A DNA stretch of 53,816 nucleotides from a virus (lineage: Duplodnaviria; Caudoviricetes), in the IMG/VR virus record IMGVR_UViG_3300032050_000179, positions 1 through 53,816 of that record. One strand, written 5' to 3'. The notes under the pieces are model-generated. The model was not told where the DNA came from. It worked only from the letters and a program-made list of their open reading frames with translations, and made no database searches. The translations under genes and the position numbers were made by a program. Below are positions 15,610 to 24,500 of this stretch, piece by piece (the stretch's first letter is position 1; each line of letters starts with the position of its first letter).

Positions 15610-15810
15610 TTAAGCTATCCACCTGATAAGCAATTTTCCTTCCATACTGTTCAAGAAATCTGCATCTCCCATATCTTCAACAGGAATTTGAAAATGAACT
15701 CTCGTTTCTTCAAGATCTGCATAATAATACGCTACTCCTTTTCGTATAAATTGAATACGTGCTTCCGGGTTTTGCTTGTAGAGAGCTTTTTTGATTTCGT
15801 TCTTTTCCAT
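15610..15810 (-). CDS. Hypothetical protein within tRNA operon
   Basis: 66-aa ORF with ATG and A-rich leader. Confidence 0.7.
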   Translation of the reverse strand: MEKNEIKKALYKQNPEARIQFIRKGVAYYYADLEETRVHFQIPVEDMGDADFLNSMEGKLLIRWIA

Positions 15811-15829
15811 TATACGTTTATTTAGTTAG

Positions 15830-15903
15830 TTGAAACAGTAAGACTCGAACTTACGACCTCCTCGGTATCAGCGAGGTGCTCTAACCAACTGAGCTATATT
15901 TCA
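15830..15903 (-). tRNA. trnI: tRNA-Ile(GAU)
   Basis: CCTCG-CTGATAC-CGAGG. Confidence 0.92.
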
Positions 15904-15908
15904 ATTTG

Positions 15909-15983
15909 CGACGGTGGTAGGACTCGAACCTACTATCCTCGACTTAACAGGCCGTAGCTATATACCACTTAAGCTTCACCGTC
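15909..15983 (-). tRNA. trnN: tRNA-Asn(GUU)
   Basis: Loop CTGTTAA; acceptor GACGGTG/CACCGTC; G73. Confidence 0.9.
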
Positions 15984-15991
15984 ATTTTTTG

Positions 15992-16064
15992 CACAGGAGG
16001 CAGGAATCGAACCTGCAACCACCGGTTTTGGAGACCGGTACTCTACCAATTGAGCTACTCCTGT
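15992..16064 (-). tRNA. trnW: tRNA-Trp(CCA)
   Basis: CCGGT-CTCCAAA-ACCGG. Confidence 0.93.
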
Positions 16065-16070
16065 GTATAG

Positions 16071-16144
16071 TGGATCCTAGGGGACTCGAACCCCTGACCC
16101 CCTGCGTGCAAGGCAGGTGCTCTAGCCATCTGAGCTAAGGACCC
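16071..16144 (-). tRNA. trnA: tRNA-Ala(UGC)
   Basis: CCTGC-CTTGCAC-GCAGG; G3:U70 identity pair. Confidence 0.95.
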
Positions 16145-16151
16145 AATTTAG

Positions 16152-16224
16152 CGGTCCTGAAGGGATTCGAACCCTCGATCTCCTCCGTGACAGGGAGGCG
16201 TCCACTCCACTGGACTGCAGGACC
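16152..16224 (-). tRNA. trnD: tRNA-Asp(GUC)
   Basis: CCTCC-CTGTCAC-GGAGG; G73. Confidence 0.93.
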
Positions 16225-16251
16225 TTGATGACAGTACAAAAACTGTCTCGG

Positions 16252-16325
16252 TCACCCGTATGGGATTCGAACCCATGATCTTCTCCGTGAAAGGGAGACG
16301 ACTTAAACCTCTTGTCCAACGGGCG
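16252..16325 (-). tRNA. trnE: tRNA-Glu(UUC)
   Basis: TCTCC-CTTTCAC-GGAGA. Confidence 0.93.
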
Positions 16326-16362
16326 TTGGAATTATAATATGTCAAAGAACGTTTTCTTTTTG

Positions 16363-16435
16363 TGGTACCGACTGGAATCGAACCAGTGACACAAGGATTT
16401 TCAGTCCTTTGCTCTACCGACTGAGCTACGGTACC
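16363..16435 (-). tRNA. trnF: tRNA-Phe(GAA)
   Basis: AAGGA-CTGAAAA-TCCTT; acceptor GGTACCG/CGGTACC. Confidence 0.95.
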
Positions 16436-16445
16436 AAGTTAATGC

Positions 16446-16481
16446 AAAAGAAAAGCCTCGGTTTTTGACCGAGGCTTTTCT
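16446..16481 (-). terminator. Attenuator terminator of tRNA operon B
   Basis: AGAAAAGCCTCGGT-CAAAA-ACCGAGGCTTTTCTTTT; 5' arm also complementary to ACCGAGG at 16523-16529 in leader ORF. Confidence 0.85.
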
Positions 16482-16498
16482 GAATTTTAATTTCTATA

Positions 16499-16636
16499 TT
16501 ATAGTGTCGTTAAATCCATTTTCCTCGGTTGAAATTTCTCAATATCAAACTCAAACCCTTTCGCAGCATAGCCATAATTGTCGGCCATCTTATTGGCTTT
16601 CCAATTATTATTTTCTATGTTGTTAATGTTGTACAT
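16499..16636 (-). CDS. Leader peptide B (45 aa, MYNINNIENNNWKANKMADNYGYAAKGFEFDIEKFQPRKMDLTTL)
   Basis: ATG after promoter; first 35 codons use only M,Y,N,I,E,W,K,A,D,G,F, the amino acids of the downstream tRNAs; contains antiterminator. Confidence 0.82.
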   Translation of the reverse strand: MYNINNIENNNWKANKMADNYGYAAKGFEFDIEKFQPRKMDLTTL

Positions 16637-16660
16637 TTGAAAGTGTATTTGTTTTATTTT

Positions 16661-16707
16661 TGTATTGCAAATATAACAATAGTTTTTAACGTGGAAAAAC
16701 TTTTTGA
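16661..16707 (-). promoter_or_regulatory. Bacteroidota-type promoter (TATATTTG) of tRNA operon B
   Basis: TAnnTTTG at 16668-16675; near-identical to 11848-11894. Confidence 0.75.
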
Positions 16708-16728
16708 TTATTTTCTAAAAATTTTTTT

Positions 16729-17085
16729 CTAGTAACCAATTTCTTCTACTAGATCAAGGAATTTGACCCATTTTTCACCATCTGGTCTTTCTTCAAGAAC
16801 ATTAGCTACAAATCCAAATCCTTCTCGTTCTGTCCTTTCATAGTAATCACCAAGATCTGCATCTTCTTCACCAGAAGCAACATTTGGTTCAACAACACAA
16901 GCAGCTGCTTGGTTGTAAATCTTCATCAAGTTTTCATCGTTCAAGATAGCATCCGCATCTTTAGCCAATAATTGATCAAGACCTCTAGGATTTGATCTTT
17001 CAAAATCTGAACATGCACTCATTACCATGTCAGCCCAAGAATCTGATTCATTTAACCAGTTTTCAAAAAGTTTAATATGTTTCAT
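16729..17085 (-). CDS. Acidic protein with MKHIKLFENWLNES N-terminus (putative internal head protein)
   Basis: 118 aa; GATATATA at 17101-17108; N-terminus resembles T4 capsid-targeting sequence. Confidence 0.7.
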   Translation of the reverse strand: MKHIKLFENWLNESDSWADMVMSACSDFERSNPRGLDQLLAKDADAILNDENLMKIYNQAAACVVEPNVASGEEDADLGDYYERTEREGFGFVANVLEERPDGEKWVKFLDLVEEIGY

Positions 17086-17099
17086 ATTTTGGATTTTTC

Positions 17100-18290
17100 T
17101 TATATATCTTTAAGAATAAAATTTTTTCTCAAAACTGGATTATCAAACATTTCCATAGTTTCCGTTGATAAATTCTTTTGAAGAACTTCTCTCTGCACAT
17201 CTAAGTGATCTTGATAGTTTTCTTTTATCCATTCAAATTTTTCTTTGAGTTCTTTTTCGTCATTAAACACATAATCAGAAAGTTCTCTATAGATATTCTC
17301 AGAATCTATTTTACCATAAATGAGAAAAACTGTTCTAGCTATACTTGCGTCATACAGAGTCTTGTTGAAATAGTAGCTGCTATCTTCACCCTTTCCAACA
17401 AAAAGATAAGCTATGTAACTGTTCAATTCTTTGTACATCTCATCTTTGACAATAGGTTCTTCTATCATTTCAATAGAAGAAATTTTTCTTAAACTTCCGT
17501 TGATAGTTCTCTCCGCTGTTCTTAAAAAGAGAGGAACTTCTGAAGATTTCATTATCTCTTTAATCTTTCTAACTTTACCTGGGTTTAAGTTACCTACATG
17601 ATAGAGTAAATTCTTTTTCTCTTCTATTCCTAAATTAGAATTGTTCTCGTAACATTCCTCGTACCTAAAAAGAATATCGTCGGAAATGTAACAAGATCTA
17701 TTCTGAACATTTTCTTTTTCTAAGAAAGGCATAGTCTTAGTCAAAGTTATCCATGACCAATCGCAAACTTCTCTATTTCCATTGCATAAGAAATAAACAT
17801 TGTCGTAATTAGTCATTTTAACATTATCTAGAGAATGAAGATGTTTGGGATTTCTTTCTACGAATTTTATACCGCTTTCCGTGGTGTTTATTCTATCTTG
17901 GATCATCTTTTTATAATCTCTCATTTCATGCTTAAAGTCGCATATCCTGAAATAAACTTTCAAGTCTTGTTCATTGGTGATATGAGAAAGAATTTTGTAA
18001 AGATCCACAGCTTTAGGGCTAATAACTCCTCCGAAGAAATCTTGGTACCAATCCCAAGTGAATAACAAATCTACTTTAGTGAATTTTTCTACATCAGCAA
18101 AACCGTTTACATGCACTCTAGTGAATTCAAAATCGAATTCATCTAACATGTGTGAGTATTTGCCTTTATAATCAAAAATGTATACCTTTTCAATATTAGG
18201 ATGATTAAATAGTGTGTTATAACATCTCAGCTCGTTGAAGAGCATTCCGTTCATTGTAAAATCAAAATGTAGAAAAAAACCTACTTTCAT
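17100..18290 (-). CDS. T4 beta-glucosyltransferase-like GT-B enzyme (putative DNA glycosyltransferase)
   Basis: DFFGG...KVYFRICD and YIAYLFVG...TLYDASIARTVFLIYGKID resemble recalled T4 BGT motifs; similar size. Confidence 0.6.
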   Translation of the reverse strand: MKVGFFLHFDFTMNGMLFNELRCYNTLFNHPNIEKVYIFDYKGKYSHMLDEFDFEFTRVHVNGFADVEKFTKVDLLFTWDWYQDFFGGVISPKAVDLYKILSHITNEQDLKVYFRICDFKHEMRDYKKMIQDRINTTESGIKFVERNPKHLHSLDNVKMTNYDNVYFLCNGNREVCDWSWITLTKTMPFLEKENVQNRSCYISDDILFRYEECYENNSNLGIEEKKNLLYHVGNLNPGKVRKIKEIMKSSEVPLFLRTAERTINGSLRKISSIEMIEEPIVKDEMYKELNSYIAYLFVGKGEDSSYYFNKTLYDASIARTVFLIYGKIDSENIYRELSDYVFNDEKELKEKFEWIKENYQDHLDVQREVLQKNLSTETMEMFDNPVLRKNFILKDI

Positions 18291-18322
18291 CGCGCGTCGT
18301 GTTTCGAATTTTTAGAAAAAAT

Positions 18323-18811
18323 TTATAAATTGTTCTGATTTTGTTTTTCTCTTTTCTTCTTGATGCAATTGTAAACTATTAGTACATGAGCATGGTACAA
18401 GCAAAGAATAGATATTCCAATTATTTCTGCTGCTAAAATACTGTGAAAAAGAAACAGGATAGAACATGCGTAAAGTTTCAAGTAAAACTGTAATCTTTTA
18501 GCGTAGAAAAAAGGGATCGCACTCGTAGCGAAAAAGGCTACTGAAGAGACATTATGTATCACTGGATACATTTCTATAGAAAAAGCTGTTAAAATCAACA
18601 AGAACAATGAGGGTATTTCCCATCTTCTTGTGTTAAATAAGTGATAAGAAATAGCGGCGTTCACAAAAATGAACGCCGGTTGCATTTTAGACATCCAATA
18701 AGTAGAAATTGATGGCAAAGGTCCTTCCACTGACAATAGTACCCAGGGAAGAGCTAATGCAGCAATCACAACAAAAAGTTTGACAAAAAAATTGTTGATA
18801 AAATTTTGCAT
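18323..18811 (-). CDS. Multi-pass membrane protein
   Basis: 162 aa, ~5 hydrophobic segments. Confidence 0.75.
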   Translation of the reverse strand: MQNFINNFFVKLFVVIAALALPWVLLSVEGPLPSISTYWMSKMQPAFIFVNAAISYHLFNTRRWEIPSLFLLILTAFSIEMYPVIHNVSSVAFFATSAIPFFYAKRLQFYLKLYACSILFLFHSILAAEIIGISILCLYHAHVLIVYNCIKKKREKQNQNNL

Positions 18812-18823
18812 GTATAGATTTTA

Positions 18824-19540
18824 TTATTTATCTATACCGTTTTCCTCTTTGTATTTTTCATAATTGTCTGTCAATTCTATAAGTATAGGGTTTCTAACTA
18901 TGTCTGCTCTAGTGAATTCAAAAGTAGAACAGCTATTAACACCTTTGGAGATTTTTTCTCCGAATACTAGCAGATCTTTTCTCCTGTTTTTGATGTCCCA
19001 TTGAGTAACGTCTCCACATATAATGATTCTAGAATTTCTACCCATCCTTGTCACTACTAGCATCAACTGCCTTAAATCTGCATTTTGTGCTTCATCTAGT
19101 ATTAAGATAGTATCGTCAAAAGTTTCACTTCTCATGAAAGCTAGAGGTTCCATAGTTATAAGATCTGCAGCCATGATAGCTTTTAACTTATCGTTATCTA
19201 TGATTTTTTTCATGTTAGAAACATATCCTTTCATGTAAGGAGCTATCTTTTCTTCTATAGTCCCGGGTAAGAAACCTAGATTTTCTCCAGATTCCACAGC
19301 AGGTCTAGCTAAAATGATTTTTTTATGTGCACCTTCTCTCAACAAGTCTAACGCTGCGTAACAAGCAACAAATGTTTTTGCTGTACCAGCAGGTCCTGTG
19401 CAGACTGTTAAGAAATTATCTTTAATAGTCTTGAAAAAAGTCAACTGCGAATGTGAAAATTTTATCGTGTTGAAATCTGCTTTGTGGAGTTGTAACACAT
19501 TAGCTTGTTCTTCCTCCTTTTTTGGTTTTCTTTTTTGCAT
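18824..19540 (-). CDS. phoH: PhoH-family ATPase
   Basis: GPAGTAKT Walker A, RPAVE, LGFLPG, LDEAQN, TRMG, GDVTQ, DIVRNP. Confidence 0.95.
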   Translation of the reverse strand: MQKRKPKKEEEQANVLQLHKADFNTIKFSHSQLTFFKTIKDNFLTVCTGPAGTAKTFVACYAALDLLREGAHKKIILARPAVESGENLGFLPGTIEEKIAPYMKGYVSNMKKIIDNDKLKAIMAADLITMEPLAFMRSETFDDTILILDEAQNADLRQLMLVVTRMGRNSRIIICGDVTQWDIKNRRKDLLVFGEKISKGVNSCSTFEFTRADIVRNPILIELTDNYEKYKEENGIDK

Positions 19541-20069
19541 TTACTACATGTATGATTTTAATTTTAACTTCAGGCGTTGAAAGCTCTAACACAGCTAACA
19601 AATTGTCTAAGTTATCATCATAGAAAATAATGTTGTTATAACCTTTTTCTATAATGTTTTTAACGGCTTGTTTTTTTCTTTCAGGGATATTTCCACTAAA
19701 ATTTGTAATAGGATCGCACACAGCGTATATTAAAGGCTCTTTGATAGAGACATTTTTCTTCTTAAAGAAATCTACTACGATATTTTTGTCTCCTCTTGCA
19801 GTAACGATAGAAGTTTCTACACCTCTTTTTATGTACCCTTTCAACGAGTCAAAATAACGTTTGTTGAGTTTAGATTTTCCGAGTATCTTTTCGCACCAGA
19901 ATTCGCTAAAACTAGCATGGTGATTATGGTCGATTTTATGCGCAGTAAACTGAGAAGGTGTAAGCGAAACTATCACATCATTAGTTATTGAATCATGAAT
20001 ATTTATCTTTGCGTCAGAGAAAATAAGAGTGTCATCTAAATCAAAGATAGCTATTTTCTTCCCATTCAT
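19500..20069 (-). CDS. HAD-superfamily phosphatase (RNA-repair/PNK-phosphatase-like)
   Basis: FDLDDTL motif I, VTAR motif II, FYDDNLDN motif IV. Confidence 0.8.
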   Translation of the reverse strand: MNGKKIAIFDLDDTLIFSDAKINIHDSITNDVIVSLTPSQFTAHKIDHNHHASFSEFWCEKILGKSKLNKRYFDSLKGYIKRGVETSIVTARGDKNIVVDFFKKKNVSIKEPLIYAVCDPITNFSGNIPERKKQAVKNIIEKGYNNIIFYDDNLDNLLAVLELSTPEVKIKIIHVVNAKKKTKKGGRTS

Positions 20070-21536
20070 TTATTTAGTGTATTGAAAAGTGAGTGAATCG
20101 CTATAACTTATGTTTCCTCTAAAGAACTCCTCAGAGGATGTTAATATTTGTATCTCGTAAGGTACATTAGTTTTAAAGCCAGATAGACTTTTTTGTTTTT
20201 CTTCATAAATAGCATTTTCATAAACCCATTCAGAATAAAGATCTATATTTGCTTTCACAGATGCGCCAGTACCACTTGGTCCTGCCGGAATTATAGAAAC
20301 AGAAGCTCCAGTGTATCCTGTTCCACCATCAAGAACTTTTATGTATTTTATTACTCCATTTTCTATGATGGCTTCAGCTGATGCTCCAGCTCCGCTTGGA
20401 CCTATTGGAATTACAGAAACAGAAGCTCCAGTGTATCCTGTTCCGCCGTCAAGAACTCTTACGTAATCGATTTCTCCTTCATTTTGAAGATACAGAGTAG
20501 ACTGGACTGACCCAGGTGTTATAGCGTAAGTATCATCTAATACTACTGTGGGTGAAGTTAGATAACCTCCTCCTTGATCAACAACACTGACCGTGTCTAT
20601 TAGTAAATCTACTCCAGACACATTAGCTCCTATCCCGTCTCCTGATATTGTTATTTCTGGTTGAGAAGTGTATCCGTATCCTGGATTTACTATAGAAAAA
20701 CCTGTAATTGTATTACTACCTGAAATGTTTGGTGTTATATCTGCGCCAGTACCTCCTCCACCAGAAACTTGTGCAGTTGCGATAGTGTATCCTGCTCCAG
20801 GTGATCCTACATGCACATTATCTATACTTCCTGAAAGAGATATTTTTGCTGATCTACCAGTATCACTTATAACTTCCGCGGAAGGAGCTTGGGTATATAA
20901 TCCAATATTAAGAACTATAAAATCTAAATAACTAGTATTTTTTACTCTGGGTATAGATCTCCATCTTAACTTAGTAGCTTTAATTTTTGGATCTATATCC
21001 CAAGAAACATTGACAGTGAAAAAATCTTCTAGCGTAGGGACCATTTCAACATCAAAACTTCTCAATAATTTTTCTCTTTGGTTAGGATTTTCTACAGATT
21101 TATTAAAAAGGACAAAGACATCGTTTGCTGCTGAAGGGTAGCCTACACCAGAAAGATAGCAGTCAAAACTTACATTATCTTCTCTTAAGTCAAAACTTAT
21201 AATACTTTTTAATGACACTGTATCAAAAACAGTCTTCTTTACAACATACGAATTTTTTATAGCACCTCTTTTTATGATAACTGGAACGCCCGGTTTGATA
21301 GGATTACTCCAATCTCCATCTACTTTAATAGAAAAATTAGCATAAACTTCTTCTACTGGAATGTAAACATGAAGAGTAGGGTTGTTATTAAGTTGCCCTG
21401 AGATAACATTTGATATGTTTACAGGATATTTTGAATCTCCTGCAGTGACTCCTGCAGGAATAGAACCTGTCTGAATAGAACCTCTAACATCTCTTGAAAT
21501 TTGTAACGGTTCGCTATTAGTGTTTTTTTCTATCAT
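20070..21536 (-). CDS. Virion structural protein with GxGYT repeats (baseplate/fibre)
   Basis: Repeated V..GxGYT..P.V units. Confidence 0.7.
   Translation of the reverse strand: MIEKNTNSEPLQISRDVRGSIQTGSIPAGVTAGDSKYPVNISNVISGQLNNNPTLHVYIPVEEVYANFSIKVDGDWSNPIKPGVPVIIKRGAIKNSYVVKKTVFDTVSLKSIISFDLREDNVSFDCYLSGVGYPSAANDVFVLFNKSVENPNQREKLLRSFDVEMVPTLEDFFTVNVSWDIDPKIKATKLRWRSIPRVKNTSYLDFIVLNIGLYTQAPSAEVISDTGRSAKISLSGSIDNVHVGSPGAGYTIATAQVSGGGGTGADITPNISGSNTITGFSIVNPGYGYTSQPEITISGDGIGANVSGVDLLIDTVSVVDQGGGYLTSPTVVLDDTYAITPGSVQSTLYLQNEGEIDYVRVLDGGTGYTGASVSVIPIGPSGAGASAEAIIENGVIKYIKVLDGGTGYTGASVSIIPAGPSGTGASVKANIDLYSEWVYENAIYEEKQKSLSGFKTNVPYEIQILTSSEEFFRGNISYSDSLTFQYTK
20287..20457. repeat. Intragenic direct repeat (51-nt core, 120-nt period)
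   Basis: 20287-20337 vs 20407-20457 differ at 3 positions; encodes VLDGGTGYTGASVS twice. Confidence 0.8.
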
Positions 21537-24500
21537 TTTTTAACAAATTCTTTTACTACTACAAATGATGTTTTACTGATAGCAGATTGATTTCCATTAG
21601 CATCCTTTAAGCTTAAAGATACTGTAAAATTTCCTGTCTTTGTAAAGTTCCACATTAATTTTTCAGAATTACTTATAACTTGTATGTCTCCGCCTTCTTC
21701 CTTGACAGTCCACACTGGACTATTTTTTCCAGGAATGACACAATTATCATAATGAAAAACTACCGGAGTATATTGTAAAACATCTTTCTGTTTATCAAAT
21801 ACTACTGTATCAATATAAGAAAAAGGAGATTGCAAGTCTCCCGCGTAAGCTACTCTACTAGAAAGACTTAGTTTATCAGAAGTGAAATCTGTATAGATAT
21901 TTAATGGAGGGTAATCAGATCCTTCTGATTTCCATTTATTGTTCAGGTATTCTTCACCCATTTGATTATATTGCGGAACACTTGAGAATAGTATAGAATT
22001 TTCTAAAGGATAAGTGTAAGTTCTATCAGGATGAGCTAACCATTCGCTTTCTACTCCATTCGTCATAGTGACATAAGAAAGCATTTCATCACTAGGATTT
22101 TTAGCTTCTGCATGTATAAAGTAATAAAATTGTTGAAATATAGAAGGATTCAAATATAATTGTTTATGGTAATCATAAGCTGTTAACAATTCTACATTTG
22201 AAGCTAATACATCACTCAAAGGAGTTCCTAATGTTAAAGATGGGCCATTTATTGAAACAACTTCTATCCATTCTTTACCTGTCCAAATATAATTATCAAA
22301 AGGTTCATAGCCTTCTGGTACACTAACTGTTACAACGGGTGTACTAGTATATCCGGATCCGCCTGTATATGTGTAACTAGTGACTTTTCCGTCTATTATA
22401 GATAGAGTTATTGTTGCTCCAACACCGCCACATGGTGTTTCTATAGTGACTGTTGGAGTGTTTACATATCCTGCTCCAGGATTAAGTATTGATACTGCGC
22501 TTATACTACCACTTGTTATAGAAACGGAAATTTTTGCAGGTATTCCAAAATTTCTAGGAGTACCATTTAATACTACTACATTGTTACCTGCTGGTGTAGC
22601 TCCTGAAGTTTTAAGTTTATTTCCTGCAATATCTCTAAGAAATCTTTCAACATCAGGAAGAACTTCATACGTATATTTTATAATACCTGGATTTTGTGAA
22701 TTGTTCAATTCTTGTGCTGCAAGGTGGAGTCCGTTGTTAGTGCTTTCAATATTTGAATTTCCAGAGAAAAAGAATGTAGGTTCTTCGTCTATAGTTATTC
22801 CTCCACCATGATGTACAAACGGTATAATGAATCCACAAAGAGAACCTCCTCGGTAACTTAATCCTCCCCATGTAATAGTAGGATTTTCGTTCCATGTTAG
22901 CTCATTAGAATGTTCATAAGTTAAAGATCCTGGTCCTATTCTAGTTTCTGCATAATCTACATCGTAATCAGAAAGATTTAAGGAGAAGTTACCGTCTATG
23001 TAATATAATTCTTTGTTAGGATCTGTAACTCTAAAATAAGTTTTACCATTCTTATAAGAAATATTTGAGATTTCAATAGCATAGGTTCCTGAAAATACTC
23101 CCCATGATGCGTATAATGTCTTATTGCCACTTATACTAGAGTTAGCTAATACTATATTTCTTATAATTTCTTCATTTTCTGTAAAAGAAATAGTTGATCC
23201 AGAACTTGACAAGCTATCTACGTATCGATAAAAATTAATATTAGGATTTATTGATGAATAATCGCAATTGTCAGAAATGATTATTCTACTATAAGTTTTT
23301 AATTCAGTAAAAGATCCTGTATAAGATGTGCTTATTATTTTATCTGATCTGTAATAAAGAGCTGGTGCCGAAGTAAATGATGATAGTAAAGTCTCTAAGA
23401 TTTTCACCTCCGTTGAAGTCACGCTACTCACTGTATACCAATTATCATTTACCCATATACTGTCTCCGCTAAATAATGTCGTTGTCAAGTCACACATTGA
23501 CGTAGAAATAACTGTTTCTCCAATATTTCCAATTAGCGTAGCATTAACAGTAGATCCAGCTTGGATCCCTTTTAGTCTGGAATTTATTTGATCAGGAAGT
23601 ATTTTAAGATTTGTTACAATTGGATCTGATTTTTCTCTCATAAAGAATAAAGAGTCACCCACATTTAATGTAAATGCAGAAGAAAGTTTTCCAGATAAAT
23701 TACCATCTATGCAGATAATATTATTTGTTCTATCTATAGAAACTAAATTGTTTGTCATAGGATATTCATAGAGAGACTGATCTTTAAAAGAAGTAAAATC
23801 TAAACTATCCCATGATAATCTAGCATCTTCCCATCTAGAAACCACATGAGTAGGGTAATACCAAGGTCCAGTAACTTTCTCCCAAGGAATAGTTTCAAAC
23901 TCTTCCCATATCCTTTCTGGAGTTTCCATACGTGATACTCCTAAGAAATCAGCTTTCTTATTTTTCACATAGCATTTTTGAAACTCTACTGTGTAATTAT
24001 TTGTAATGTCATAGTTATACAAAGCTATGTCGTATTCTCCTTCATAAGGTAAAGCTACAGCATGTAAGATTTTATTTTCATTTTCATAAGTCACTGGAGG
24101 AGGTGAAACTGTTGCATAAGGAGTATATGAATATCCTGCGCCACCAGACCAAGTTGCACCTGAAATATATCCGTCGCTAACTGTTAACGTTACGCTAGCT
24201 GTAACTCCAATGCCTTGAATATTTGCATCAAGTAGGGGGGCGATAGGCGCAGTGCTGACTGTAAAACTTGTAAGTCCATTAACACTAGTAACAGTAGTAC
24301 CTGGAGCAAATCCACCAATTCCACCTGTTACGTCCAATATCATACCTGGACCTAATCCAACTGTACTAGTTACAGTAATAATGTTTCCGGATGAATAAGC
24401 GTTTCCTGTAGTATAAGTTCCAGGACCTGGGACAAATACTGTAGGAGAAGCTGTGTAACCATACCCTTGTAAGATATCAATATTGACAATTGAACCATTG

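Noticed and set aside
20287-20457. DGR template/variable repeat pair
   Set aside because: Both copies are in frame within one gene, differ at only three positions (on the coding strand only one involves adenine), and no reverse transcriptase is in the window; ordinary domain duplication.
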